Shown here in pieces: positions 25,619 to 34,512 of a DNA stretch of 43,776 nt (position 1 is the first letter of the stretch; the number at the start of each line of letters is the position of its first letter). Made by a program: the position numbers and the translations under genes. The notes under the pieces were generated by a model. The model made no database searches. It was not told the origin of the DNA and saw nothing but the letters and a program-made list of their open reading frames with translations. Source of the stretch: an uncultured archaeon (GTDB lineage Archaea; Asgardarchaeota; Thorarchaeia; Thorarchaeales; Thorarchaeaceae); contig CAYPUO010000001.1 of the NCBI GenBank assembly GCA_964413775.1, forward strand, positions 1 to 43,776. The letters run 5' to 3'.

Positions 25619-26002
25619 TTACTTCATCAACCACTCAATCACAGATACCATATCAGTATGAGCCTCAGTATGGACGACTTGCTCGTACTCGGTATGGCTG
25701 ACTTCTTCATCCCGATACTTGGTGGTGTACTGGTAATCAGAAATCCACTGCCCAGACGGAATCCTCCCAACTCCATAGAATGAAGGTAGCGAGTCCTCAA
25801 TGCTGGTCTTGAAGTTATGCTTCCACTCTTGGTAAGCCTCAGATTCCTGCCAGCGGACTACTTCCACCGCAGCCTGATACGGCACACGGAGAGTCTCAGT
25901 CACGGTGTAAGGTTCAAGCGTAGTGTGGCGGGTCTGGTACTCAACAGGAATAACTGGAATTGAGCAGAGCATGATGGCTGCTACTACAATTAACCACTTC
26001 AT
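25619..26002 (-). CDS. secreted or membrane-anchored protein
   Basis: N-terminal signal/anchor MKWLIVVAAIMLCSIPV. Last gene of the minus arm. Confidence 0.55.
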   Translation of the reverse strand: MKWLIVVAAIMLCSIPVIPVEYQTRHTTLEPYTVTETLRVPYQAAVEVVRWQESEAYQEWKHNFKTSIEDSLPSFYGVGRIPSGQWISDYQYTTKYRDEEVSHTEYEQVVHTEAHTDMVSVIEWLMK

Positions 26003-26350
26003 CTAGCACTCCTTCCCATGCTTCTTTGGGCGTTCAAAGTTCTTGAGCATCTTCTTCATGACTGCTTCCTGTAGCGGGATATGGAGCCTCCCGCACATAT
26101 CTAGCAGTCTGATGAAGGTGTCTGCTATCTCCTCATTGAAGTTCTCCATATCTCCATGTCGGTATGCCTCCATAGCTTCTGACAACTCAGTAACAACCAG
26201 CATTAACTTTTCGGGAACAATCTTCCAGCTACACTTAAATCCCTGCACTTGACTCCATCTTCCGAATAGATAAGCCAGTGGGTCAAGGTGCTGTGCGTTT
26301 ACTGTGTTGATGATTGCCTTCTTGAGTTCCTCGATGCTGTCCTTCTTCAT
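26003..26350 (-). CDS. mazG: MazG-like nucleotide pyrophosphohydrolase
   Basis: ELSEAMEAYR...EEIADTFIRLLDM pattern (E-x2-E ... E-x2-D). About 115 aa, all-helical. Confidence 0.7.
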   Translation of the reverse strand: MKKDSIEELKKAIINTVNAQHLDPLAYLFGRWSQVQGFKCSWKIVPEKLMLVVTELSEAMEAYRHGDMENFNEEIADTFIRLLDMCGRLHIPLQEAVMKKMLKNFERPKKHGKEC

Positions 26351-26354
26351 TTTG

Positions 26355-28052
26355 CTACTCCCACCTGAATGTCTGCTTAATCTCCATTGGAATCTTGAAT
26401 CCTGGTATCATTTCGAGTTCCTCTTTTGGAATCCTGTCTGCCACGTCTCCGTCCCAAGTTAGCGAGTCGTGGACAGTGATAACTAGCGGATAGCGGTCAG
26501 TAGGACCTAGCCTTCGGTGCTTGCATAGAATCATAGCTCTCTTGATTACTTCGCCATCAGAGCCGAGGATGGGGTAATTAACTGCCTTCCGCTTCATGCC
26601 GTCCTCTCGTTCCTCTGGTAGCCTGATACGCCTGCCGAATAGCGTGGGTAGACTCCAGCCGTCTCGGAGTCCTTCTCTCTGTGCATGGATAATCCAGTCA
26701 GCGGCACCTGGATAGGCTCTAAACCATTTCTCAAGCAGTTCCTCACATAGAGCCTTGTTCCTTGTCTTGAGTTGCTCCATGAGAGTCTGCGCAGTAGCTC
26801 CGTATATGACTGCGAAGTTAGCTACCTTAGCCAGCTTCCTTTCCACCTTCATTAGCTCTGCTGTATGGCTATGGATATCTGCTAGTCTCGGGTCTGGATT
26901 ATACAGGACACTCAGCATATCCCTATCCTGACTCATGTGCGCCAGTATATATAAATGTTCTCTACCATAGTCCCCAGTAGTAAAGCACCCATTGTCAGGC
27001 ATAAGCATAAATCTGGCACCTGGGTCGCCTGTATCCTTATCAGCCCCTGGGATATTCTGAATATTCCTATTGCGACTGTTGAGCCGACCCACTCCAGTCT
27101 CGGTGTAATACTCAGTATAGAAGCGGTCTTCGCCCTTCAGCGGCATAAGATATGTGGATAGGAATTTTGATTTCTTTCGATAGCCTATTACTGCGGCAGC
27201 ACAAGGGTCGTCAAGAAACTCCAAATCACCCACCCTAGTCCGAAGCTGGCGTTTGTTCTTTGTAAACTTAAGGAAGTTTCCACGCTTGGCTAAGATGTAA
27301 CCTACTTGCTGTGGGGAGCCTGGGTTATCTATTCCGTAAGATTGAACATGACGGCGATAGAACTCAACTTCCGTAGCATATCGGTCTTCAAGCTCCTGAC
27401 GTGCCTGTTGGTCTAAGGCTATTCCGTGCATGGACAAGTCCATTAGGATAGGCAGAGCTTCCATTTCCACTCGGAAGTACTCACCATATTGCTCTCGAAT
27501 CTTCCTCTCCCATGCGAGGTATAAGGCATATGTTACCTTCGTGTCAGCAGCACAGTGGTCGGAGAGTGCTCTTGGGTTCTTCTGTATCAGTTGTATGTTA
27601 TCCTTAACCCCATGAGCCTTCATTATTTCTCCCATACCCTGAGTATACATATTGACTTCACTGCAGAGAATGGGGAGTGATGTTTCCTGAAAGCCGAGCA
27701 ACCTTGCTGCGATGTTAGTATCGAAGATGTTTGCCTTGTCCAGAGCGTTACCGATGATAGGGATGAGTGGTAGAATACCCATATCAAATACCCAGTTGTG
27801 GGCTATCTTGGTGATGCGGATATCTGACAGGAAAGGCTTGAGAGCTTCCAGTGCTTTGAGGCTCGGCTCTGGGTGCAGGTCAAAATAGAAAGCCTCCTGC
27901 TGCGAGAAAGCTATACCTATCCCAAGTGGATGCCTTTCATCGAGGCTGATGGTCTCAATATCTATTGCAACTGCTGATGGTCTGTGCGCTTCCCAAAACT
28001 TCCAGCGTTCATCTGGATTAGCGTCAGGGAAGCCATAGTATAGGACGCCCAT
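26355..28052 (-). CDS. family A DNA polymerase with 3'-5' exonuclease domain
   Basis: Exonuclease motifs: ExoI AIDIET and ExoII HNWVFDMGIL. Polymerase motifs: motif A GDYGREHLYILAHMSQD, motif B RKLAKVANFAVIYG and motif C ITVHDSL. Confidence 0.95.
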   Translation of the reverse strand: MGVLYYGFPDANPDERWKFWEAHRPSAVAIDIETISLDERHPLGIGIAFSQQEAFYFDLHPEPSLKALEALKPFLSDIRITKIAHNWVFDMGILPLIPIIGNALDKANIFDTNIAARLLGFQETSLPILCSEVNMYTQGMGEIMKAHGVKDNIQLIQKNPRALSDHCAADTKVTYALYLAWERKIREQYGEYFRVEMEALPILMDLSMHGIALDQQARQELEDRYATEVEFYRRHVQSYGIDNPGSPQQVGYILAKRGNFLKFTKNKRQLRTRVGDLEFLDDPCAAAVIGYRKKSKFLSTYLMPLKGEDRFYTEYYTETGVGRLNSRNRNIQNIPGADKDTGDPGARFMLMPDNGCFTTGDYGREHLYILAHMSQDRDMLSVLYNPDPRLADIHSHTAELMKVERKLAKVANFAVIYGATAQTLMEQLKTRNKALCEELLEKWFRAYPGAADWIIHAQREGLRDGWSLPTLFGRRIRLPEEREDGMKRKAVNYPILGSDGEVIKRAMILCKHRRLGPTDRYPLVITVHDSLTWDGDVADRIPKEELEMIPGFKIPMEIKQTFRWE

Positions 28053-28198
28053 TATTTCTTTCTCCGCTTCGGTTCTTTACCAGTTGTAGCTCCACAGGTC
28101 TTGCACTGGTAATGCTCTTTATGAGTACCAGCTTCCCTGATGTAGTGGTCTGTGAATCTCTTACATAACCAACAATGAAGGTTGATTAGCTCTGCCAT
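28052..28198 (-). CDS. small zinc-ribbon protein (48 aa)
   Basis: TAATG overlaps at both ends. HCWLC...CKTC. Not in the track. Confidence 0.55.
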   Translation of the reverse strand: MAELINLHCWLCKRFTDHYIREAGTHKEHYQCKTCGATTGKEPKRRKK

Positions 28199-28809
28199 TA
28201 CTTTCCTCCGAAGCGGAAGAATCGTTCCATAAAGAAGTTTTCAACCTCCTCGAAGGAAAGCGTAGGAATATCGTGGTCAAGTGGTGGCTCTGGCAGATAC
28301 CACCCATCGCCCTTACTGGGCATTAACTGGAGAGCTTCAGTAGCCAGCATTATGTTATCTGCCTTCTTGATGAGTGCCCAGTCAACTCCGATACACCCAT
28401 ATTTCTGCATTACTATCCCCATAATCTTGTTCTCAATCTCCTTGAAGCCTTTGATTGCATACTTGACTGGACGAGAAATATCATTAGTGTATGCTTCTGG
28501 GGAATCGTGGAGTAGAGCAGCAAGACAGGTGCGATTGACTTCTTCGATATGCCCAACTTGCTTCCACGCATCATCACTGCCAATCTGCTTCATCATTTCG
28601 CCTTCCACCAGGTCAGCGACATGGATGCAGTGCTGCTCAACTGAATAGAACCTCCTGCACTGCCCAACGAATCGGCAGATGCGGGACAGAGGACCTGCTA
28701 TGTCTGCGATGTCAATGTCCTCAGCCTTTAGCTCCAGTGGGTTGACTCGCTTGCCAGTTACGGTTTCAATCCATACTGGATTCTCTTTGTATAATCCTTC
28801 CTTATTCAT
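28198..28809 (-). CDS. HD-domain phosphohydrolase (YfbR-like 5'-deoxynucleotidase type)
   Basis: RFYSVEQHCIHVA followed by AALLHDSPEAYTNDISRPVK, which together form the H...HD...D signature. Confidence 0.75.
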   Translation of the reverse strand: MNKEGLYKENPVWIETVTGKRVNPLELKAEDIDIADIAGPLSRICRFVGQCRRFYSVEQHCIHVADLVEGEMMKQIGSDDAWKQVGHIEEVNRTCLAALLHDSPEAYTNDISRPVKYAIKGFKEIENKIMGIVMQKYGCIGVDWALIKKADNIMLATEALQLMPSKGDGWYLPEPPLDHDIPTLSFEEVENFFMERFFRFGGK

Positions 28810-28818
28810 GATGCCTCC

Positions 28819-29688
28819 TTATGCTGTTGCCAATACTGGCTCTCTTTGATATGTATTGCTATACTGGAAAGCTGGAATCTCGATAGGCTCAGGCTTGCGG
28901 AGAACAATGATGTCCTCATCATCTACCACTTCCCATCCTCTGGCTCGGTAGATGTGGGTGTAGACTGAACCAGGAGCCAGCCACTTGAACCACTCGTCTG
29001 GGTCTTGGGTAAAGCCAACTCGTTTGCAGGCGTCAACCGCAGCCTGACTCAGTCCGACACGCATCCGTTTCTCCATGTGGTCTTTAACTACGATGGTCAT
29101 TGTGCCTTCGGGTCTCAGTGTATCAAAACACTTTCTGTATATTTCCTCCATCTTCTGCGCCCACATCCAGTCATTCATCAGACCAAGATTTAGCGGACTG
29201 GTGAATGTATACTCCGCCATTTCGTAGTCGGTTTTCTCTAGTGTCAGCTTGTCCTTACCCTTCGACTTCATGATTCCTGCGTAAGGCGGAGAGAATATCA
29301 CATGGTCTGCCATGTTTGGAATAGGCAAGACAGTCTGACATGGAGAGTTAATGATGGTTACTCGGTTGCCGATGCCTGGTGCGATGTCTTCCAGTTTCTT
29401 GAGGGCGGTGAACTGAAGCTCGGTGAACTTGGGGCTGATTTCTATATTGAATACACTTCTGCCCACCAGCGCACCTACCATCAGCGTTCCTGTTCCAGAC
29501 ATCGGGTCTAAAAGGAGCTGTCCTGAGTCGGACACATACTCAATGCAAGACTGGATAAGAAACACATTAGCCTTTGCACTATGCTTATTAACTTCTTCTG
29601 GAAACATTTCTTTACGGTAGTTAGCGTCTGTAGGAAACATAACCCATCCGTGTTCATCTCTAGGATATTCCTTTGCAAACTCACGCAT
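28819..29688 (-). CDS. DNA methyltransferase (N4-cytosine or N6-adenine)
   Basis: Motif I LLLDPMSGTGT and motif IV IFSPPYAG. Confidence 0.8.
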   Translation of the reverse strand: MREFAKEYPRDEHGWVMFPTDANYRKEMFPEEVNKHSAKANVFLIQSCIEYVSDSGQLLLDPMSGTGTLMVGALVGRSVFNIEISPKFTELQFTALKKLEDIAPGIGNRVTIINSPCQTVLPIPNMADHVIFSPPYAGIMKSKGKDKLTLEKTDYEMAEYTFTSPLNLGLMNDWMWAQKMEEIYRKCFDTLRPEGTMTIVVKDHMEKRMRVGLSQAAVDACKRVGFTQDPDEWFKWLAPGSVYTHIYRARGWEVVDDEDIIVLRKPEPIEIPAFQYSNTYQREPVLATA

Positions 29689-30064
29689 TGGCAGCCTCCA
29701 TTCTGTAAAATGCTATTTCTTGAAGGTCTTTGTTGCAAGATTGCCCAGACTCAGCAATCGGAATAGTCAAAGCAATTTTAGCTTGCTCTATCTTAATGAT
29801 AATGTAAGGAGCTATTTGTCTTATTATTTCTTGGGCTTTCTTACCTATAACCATCCAGTCATATCGTTGCTTGTGGTAGGATGAGTGCATTTTATGTTCG
29901 TAGATGTGCCCTCCAAATCTTGACAGAAAGTGCATTAGGTTATTTGATGTGTTGGCAACCTGAAGTCTGAGTGAGTAGCTTTTCCTTACCTTATGGTGAG
30001 TTATTCCGATGCTTCCCTCGCCATCAACAATACCTGCAAGGTATGCAAGTTCATGCTCCTTCAC
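29681..30064 (-). CDS. LAGLIDADG homing endonuclease (single-motif type), free-standing
   Basis: The GTG at 30064 lies 6 nt after AAGGAGG. LAYLAGIVDGEGSI motif. AT-rich. Overlaps the methyltransferase start by 8 nt. Confidence 0.8.
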   Translation of the reverse strand: MKEHELAYLAGIVDGEGSIGITHHKVRKSYSLRLQVANTSNNLMHFLSRFGGHIYEHKMHSSYHKQRYDWMVIGKKAQEIIRQIAPYIIIKIEQAKIALTIPIAESGQSCNKDLQEIAFYRMEAANA

Positions 30065-30227
30065 GGTAAACCTCCTTATACATTGACTTGATTCTGAATA
30101 GCTTGCCTTTGAATAGACGAACAATGCGACAGACGAACAGAGAGTTGCTGGTGAACACAGTTTCCTGATACAACCCGAACTGATTAGTCCGTTGCACAGC
30201 CCACTTCTTAACTCTCCTGTAGTTCAT
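30051..30227 (-). CDS. small basic ORF (58 aa)
   Basis: The ATG at 30227 lies 5 nt after AAGGAGAG. It is an internal start of track ORF 30051..30323. Confidence 0.4.
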   Translation of the reverse strand: MNYRRVKKWAVQRTNQFGLYQETVFTSNSLFVCRIVRLFKGKLFRIKSMYKEVYREGA

Positions 30228-30525
30228 CGTTTCTCTCCTTAGTATCCTGAATAGCCATAAACCTTTTTGAGTAAGGCCAGTTGTATCCCTTAACCCATAT
30301 CCGTCCGCACTTAGGGCAATCAAATAGTATATCTGTTTCAGGTGGAGTGTGCCAGTTTAGAGGCTCCTTACATCTGTAGCAGAATGGAATAATGGCAATA
30401 TACGATGTGTTCCAGTCCTGCATCAACACCTGTTGCTCAGTCATTGTTTCCCTACTAACCGGAATCTCTTGTGGGGGGTTTCCTACTAGATTCCTTATTG
30501 TGTCTAGCCCTTTTATTATTTCCAT
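30208..30525 (-). CDS. zinc-ribbon protein
   Basis: CYRC...CPKC. SD AAAGGAG. Confidence 0.6.
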   Translation of the reverse strand: MEIIKGLDTIRNLVGNPPQEIPVSRETMTEQQVLMQDWNTSYIAIIPFCYRCKEPLNWHTPPETDILFDCPKCGRIWVKGYNWPYSKRFMAIQDTKERNDELQES

Positions 30526-30547
30526 TGTTCTCCTTTACACTGTTTGC

Positions 30548-31393
30548 TCATAAGGTCCTTCCTAATGCTATGAGCAGTTTCTTGGCTATGATTACTCCAA
30601 TGCCCTCGCACTGTGATATCTCGCTGACATCTGCCATAGCTAAGTCCATAAGATTGACATAAGTATCAGCGAGAGTCTTAGCTTTCTTTTCACCAATACC
30701 TAGCTTGTAGGCATCGGAGAGGAACATCAAGGACTTCTGCAACCGATATGTTGCCTTCTCCTCGTCAGACATCTTTGCCTCATTACGAACTATCGTCTTG
30801 GGCTTGATTACTCGTTGGAGTGTCTGGTGTTCCTCGGGTGGTTTCTGCTCATTCCTGTAGATAATTACCAGTCGGCGGGCAGTCTCTACCCAGTTAATTG
30901 TATAGATGGTGGGGATTCCTGCCATCCAGAGCCGATGCTCCCAAGCATACAGGACAGACTGGTGAATAGTCGAGAAGCTATGACCTCGTTCTATATGACC
31001 ATCAGGCTGGATAGCGTAGGTGAACAGCTTGTTGCCGAGTTCTCTTGCTGAACCACCTAAGCCTCCAGCCGAGTGGTCACTGATACCGATGTTGTGAATA
31101 TTGCCTTTCTTGTCCTTAACCCGAATAGGCAAAGGCGAAATCCAGCCCTCGACTATTTGAAGGTTGAAATCAGCGTTAGGATAATAGTCTGCAAGCTGGT
31201 CTTCCGCCTCATCAATGTTCCCAACTAACTCCGCTGCCTGTTTACGGCTGAACTGGAAAGTCTTGCCCTCGTAATTGCCGAAGAAGTAATCCGACCTGTG
31301 AGTCCTGTTCAATGGAGAAACAACGGTGTTTGGGACTGACTGGCGAATGAGCTTGACTATATTATCTGGCTCATGTTCGTCAACCAGTATCAT
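30548..31393 (-). CDS. ERCC4/Mus81-like nuclease domain protein with C-terminal helix-hairpin-helix
   Basis: ILVDEHEP opening, then SDYFF...FSRKQAAEL in place of GDY...ERK...D. C-terminal HhH segment EGIGVIIAKKLLIALG. Confidence 0.45.
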   Translation of the reverse strand: MILVDEHEPDNIVKLIRQSVPNTVVSPLNRTHRSDYFFGNYEGKTFQFSRKQAAELVGNIDEAEDQLADYYPNADFNLQIVEGWISPLPIRVKDKKGNIHNIGISDHSAGGLGGSARELGNKLFTYAIQPDGHIERGHSFSTIHQSVLYAWEHRLWMAGIPTIYTINWVETARRLVIIYRNEQKPPEEHQTLQRVIKPKTIVRNEAKMSDEEKATYRLQKSLMFLSDAYKLGIGEKKAKTLADTYVNLMDLAMADVSEISQCEGIGVIIAKKLLIALGRTL

Positions 31394-32179
31394 TTATTCC
31401 TCCTTGTTAGGTTCAGGAATGTCGGTTATCTTTTCAATTTCTATCTCCTCGTCTTCTTTAATATCTTTCTCAGGGGCGAGGTCTTTGGCAATACGCTTGA
31501 AGTCTCTGGGGTCTCGCCTTCCGCCGTAGTCTGATTGTGTGCCTGGAGGAAGCGCACCACCTGGCGGCTCCTTAGCTTGGGCTACTCGTTCAGGCGGTGG
31601 CTGCTCTCCGACTGCACCAATAGCTGACTCTTGCTCCTGTCGTATAATATCTTCTGGAGCAGGGGTCGGTGCTTCTTCAGCCTGCTGTTCGGCAAAGGCA
31701 GCCTTGGCGGGGCTGAGTGATTCTTGTGACTTATGTGCGTCTTGTGATGCTTGTGCGCTTTCCTCAGGCTTAGGTTCTGGCTCATGTTCCTCATCGGGTG
31801 GCTCAGTGAGGTCGTCAATGGTTGGGTCTTTCCTGATCTTAGCCAGTTCAGCTTCCATTTCTGCCAGTCGAGCTTTCAACTCGTCATAGCTTTCTTCCTT
31901 CTTATCCGCCACCGCCTCAGATTCTGGTGTAGGTTCTGGAATATCTGCTCCGTCCTCCTTGATAGCTACTGCAATCGGAGAGTCGCCAGGCACAAACTCA
32001 ATCGGAATCATGACTCCCTTCTTGTATGGGTGAGGCACTGACCTGAACATAGGAAACGTGATTAACTCAGGGTCTTCGTTCTTGGTCTGGAACAGATACA
32101 GGCGGACATAGGCAGAGAGCACATAACTCATGTCTCGCTGCTCTACGTCCATTGACTTGCGTTCTTCGTCAACTCTCAT
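31394..32179 (-). CDS. hypothetical protein with a long acidic, Pro-rich disordered tail
   Basis: A folded N-terminal part of about 75 aa is followed by about 180 aa rich in E, D and P. Confidence 0.6.
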   Translation of the reverse strand: MRVDEERKSMDVEQRDMSYVLSAYVRLYLFQTKNEDPELITFPMFRSVPHPYKKGVMIPIEFVPGDSPIAVAIKEDGADIPEPTPESEAVADKKEESYDELKARLAEMEAELAKIRKDPTIDDLTEPPDEEHEPEPKPEESAQASQDAHKSQESLSPAKAAFAEQQAEEAPTPAPEDIIRQEQESAIGAVGEQPPPERVAQAKEPPGGALPPGTQSDYGGRRDPRDFKRIAKDLAPEKDIKEDEEIEIEKITDIPEPNKEE

Positions 32180-32351
32180 CTGTCGTAAGCTCCTCTACTT
32201 TATAGATTTTTTCTCCGCCATCGAAGTAATGATTCCACTGTTTGCCACATTCGCAGATGACTTGGACATTACCTTGCGGAACTTCCAGATGCCGACCACA
32301 GGTGCAGTCAATATCTGGAATATCTATGTTGTTGGCGTCTTTACCTGACAT
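32169..32351 (-). CDS. small zinc-binding protein
   Basis: CTCG...CECG. SD TAAGGAGG. Confidence 0.55.
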   Translation of the reverse strand: MSGKDANNIDIPDIDCTCGRHLEVPQGNVQVICECGKQWNHYFDGGEKIYKVEELTTDES

Positions 32352-32361
32352 TGTAGCCTCC

Positions 32362-32808
32362 TTACTTTAGCATTTTGCCTGCGATATTCTCGGCTCTTGG
32401 AATCCAATGGTACTGGATGGCTATGTTCTCGGTCATCTTCCAAACCTGCATAGCCAGCTTCCTAAGCCTGTCATTTCCGATGTGGTACTGACGGCTTAAC
32501 TGCTTGACCACAGTCTCATTGTCTGAGCATATCAGTACTGGGGGCGGAAGTGGTCTTGCAGTGCGGTCTGCTGGACTCCCAACTCTATCATACAGGTCTT
32601 TTTTCTCGGGGTCATAGTTGGAAAACCGAGAGTCCAGTTCTCGCTGCCACTTCAGGAAGTATTCATTTAGCCCATAGATGACAGCGAGATACTCCGCTTC
32701 CATAGATGTATGTCCTGAAGGGAGGTCCTGATAGCCACTGCCTCCACCATCCAGAACGTATGCTACCATTCTGGGGTTTGCATCTACATATAGTCTTGGC
32801 ATGGTCAT
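32362..32808 (-). CDS. RNase H-like ribonuclease
   Basis: Motifs LYVDAN, MEAEYLAVIYGL, ICSDNETVV and WIPRAENIAGKML fit the RNase HI D-E-D-(D/N) arrangement. Confidence 0.7.
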   Translation of the reverse strand: MTMPRLYVDANPRMVAYVLDGGGSGYQDLPSGHTSMEAEYLAVIYGLNEYFLKWQRELDSRFSNYDPEKKDLYDRVGSPADRTARPLPPPVLICSDNETVVKQLSRQYHIGNDRLRKLAMQVWKMTENIAIQYHWIPRAENIAGKMLK

Positions 32809-32811
32809 CTT

Positions 32812-33738
32812 TTAACCTCCCCTCATCAAGTTTCTGAGACTGATAATGCCGTCAAAGGAAGCCATGATTTCTTTGCCAACTGCATCCAGTCCCATGCCTT
32901 CAATACCACACTTGGTAATCTTGGCAACTGGGGTTTTGGTTTTCTTTCCGCCCTGCCCTATACTCTCCTTGACCTCAGTCCAGACAATCAAGCTACATTC
33001 CTTGGCAGTATGCTTGAAGCCATCTATCACCTGTTTACCAGTTTTGCCTTCCACCAATCCACCTTTACCATCAGGAACCATGCCATACTCGTCAGTGGGG
33101 TAGTGGGTAAGGACGAGATTCTTGCGGAACGACTTGCCAGTATCCATCACGGTTGTCATTCTGTCGTTAGGCTGACCATACTCGATAGGTTGGAGGCGTT
33201 CCCGATATTCGTCCTCGGGCATAGGCGTATTGGGGTGCTCTTTCTTCCACTTATACTCCTGAATATCTTGAAGCTCCTGGAGCCTTGCATTATGGGCTAC
33301 ATTCCAGAGCTTAGTGGCTGAGTCAAAGACAATGGAAGCGATGTCCTGCTGACCAGCGTGGACGAAGTCGGTAACAATCGCCTGCCATAATTCCTTCATC
33401 CCTTCCACTCTCTTGGGCTGCTGGAACTTACGAGCCGAAGGAGCTTCGCCAGTCAGTGCACCTTTGAGCTTGTTGACTTGGAGTGGCTTTGGGTAAGGCT
33501 TGGTGATGATGTCAAACTGAGAGAAATCAATCTGGGTAAGGTCCTCATCCTTATCGCACCGCTTGACCTTGAGTTCTGGATGCTCCTTAACGAATCTCCA
33601 AGATGCTCTGGCGAAGCCGTCCATATCAAGTTCAAAGTGGAACATAGGTTTCGGGAAGGACAGAGCCATTGTAGTCTTGCAGCTACCCTCTTCTCCAACG
33701 ATAGCTGAAACTCCGATGTACTCGAACTCTAATCCCAT
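32812..33738 (-). CDS. RecA-fold ATPase (Sak4-like recombination protein)
   Basis: Walker A GEEGSCKTT and Walker B IVFDSATKLW. Lies next to the Cas4-like nuclease. Confidence 0.5.
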   Translation of the reverse strand: MGLEFEYIGVSAIVGEEGSCKTTMALSFPKPMFHFELDMDGFARASWRFVKEHPELKVKRCDKDEDLTQIDFSQFDIITKPYPKPLQVNKLKGALTGEAPSARKFQQPKRVEGMKELWQAIVTDFVHAGQQDIASIVFDSATKLWNVAHNARLQELQDIQEYKWKKEHPNTPMPEDEYRERLQPIEYGQPNDRMTTVMDTGKSFRKNLVLTHYPTDEYGMVPDGKGGLVEGKTGKQVIDGFKHTAKECSLIVWTEVKESIGQGGKKTKTPVAKITKCGIEGMGLDAVGKEIMASFDGIISLRNLMRGG

Positions 33739-34439
33739 AGTTTTTTATCCTCCTCTAGCTGTGGATTGGGGAGTCCGTGGGCTCTGACCAGCGTCTCGCA
33801 GACCAGCTTGTATCGGCAGTTCTTGCACTCCCACTCGTAACAGTGTTGGAATGGAGTTGGGGGCTTGCCTGCCTTCAGGGATTCATCCAGCACTTTCTTG
33901 TTAGCCATAATTGTCTGCCAGTTTTCCTCAACCTCCTCATCTGTGAAGTAGAACGTATCAGCATAGATTTGAGGAAATGGTGGGGAGTAGCTGCCCATGA
34001 GATACAGGACAATCAAGTCGTACTGATTTGTCTTTCTTATCTTGCAGCCACCCTTCATGTAGGCTAACCATGTAACTGGAATGTACTCATCAATATAATG
34101 GTTCTTGGCTGACTTGCGGGTGGTCTTGAGTTCTTGGAGCCTTTCGAACTCTGCTCTTGTCAAGGTCATATCGGGTCGGTAGATGATACCAGCGAACTCA
34201 TGGAGTTCAGCCGTTGCATCTTTCGGTGTCAGGACATCTTGCAGTCCATAGCCAATAGCAAACAACATCACTTCCTCTTCAGTCGGTTCTATTGCTTGCT
34301 TCTGGTCAAGGAAACCTCTTGTCCTACAGTAAACGTAGCTGGACAGATGGTTTGGTTCTCGGATTTCCTTAATCTTATACAGGTCTGCCAGATGGTCAAG
34401 CATTTTCTGCTTTAGCTCTGGGTTATCTACTCTTCTCAT
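33729..34439 (-). CDS. PD-(D/E)XK nuclease, Cas4/RecB-like, with a Cys cluster
   Basis: N-terminal YVYC plus C-terminal CYEWECKNCRYKLVC. PDM...QELKT core. Confidence 0.6.
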   Translation of the reverse strand: MRRVDNPELKQKMLDHLADLYKIKEIREPNHLSSYVYCRTRGFLDQKQAIEPTEEEVMLFAIGYGLQDVLTPKDATAELHEFAGIIYRPDMTLTRAEFERLQELKTTRKSAKNHYIDEYIPVTWLAYMKGGCKIRKTNQYDLIVLYLMGSYSPPFPQIYADTFYFTDEEVEENWQTIMANKKVLDESLKAGKPPTPFQHCYEWECKNCRYKLVCETLVRAHGLPNPQLEEDKKLWD

Positions 34440-34458
34440 GTTTAACCTCCCAGAGGAG

Positions 34459-34498
34459 GGGGCGGGTTGAGGCAGACAAAGCAGTCCTCACCCACCCC
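34459..34498 (-). promoter_or_regulatory. GC-rich intergenic stem-loop
   Basis: GGGGCGGGTTGAGG (34459..34472) pairs with CCTCACCCACCCC (34486..34498), giving about 13 bp with one bulge and one G-U. It lies between two minus-strand genes. There is no U-tract. Confidence 0.5.
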
Positions 34499-34512
34499 AC
34501 TCCGTACTGGCT

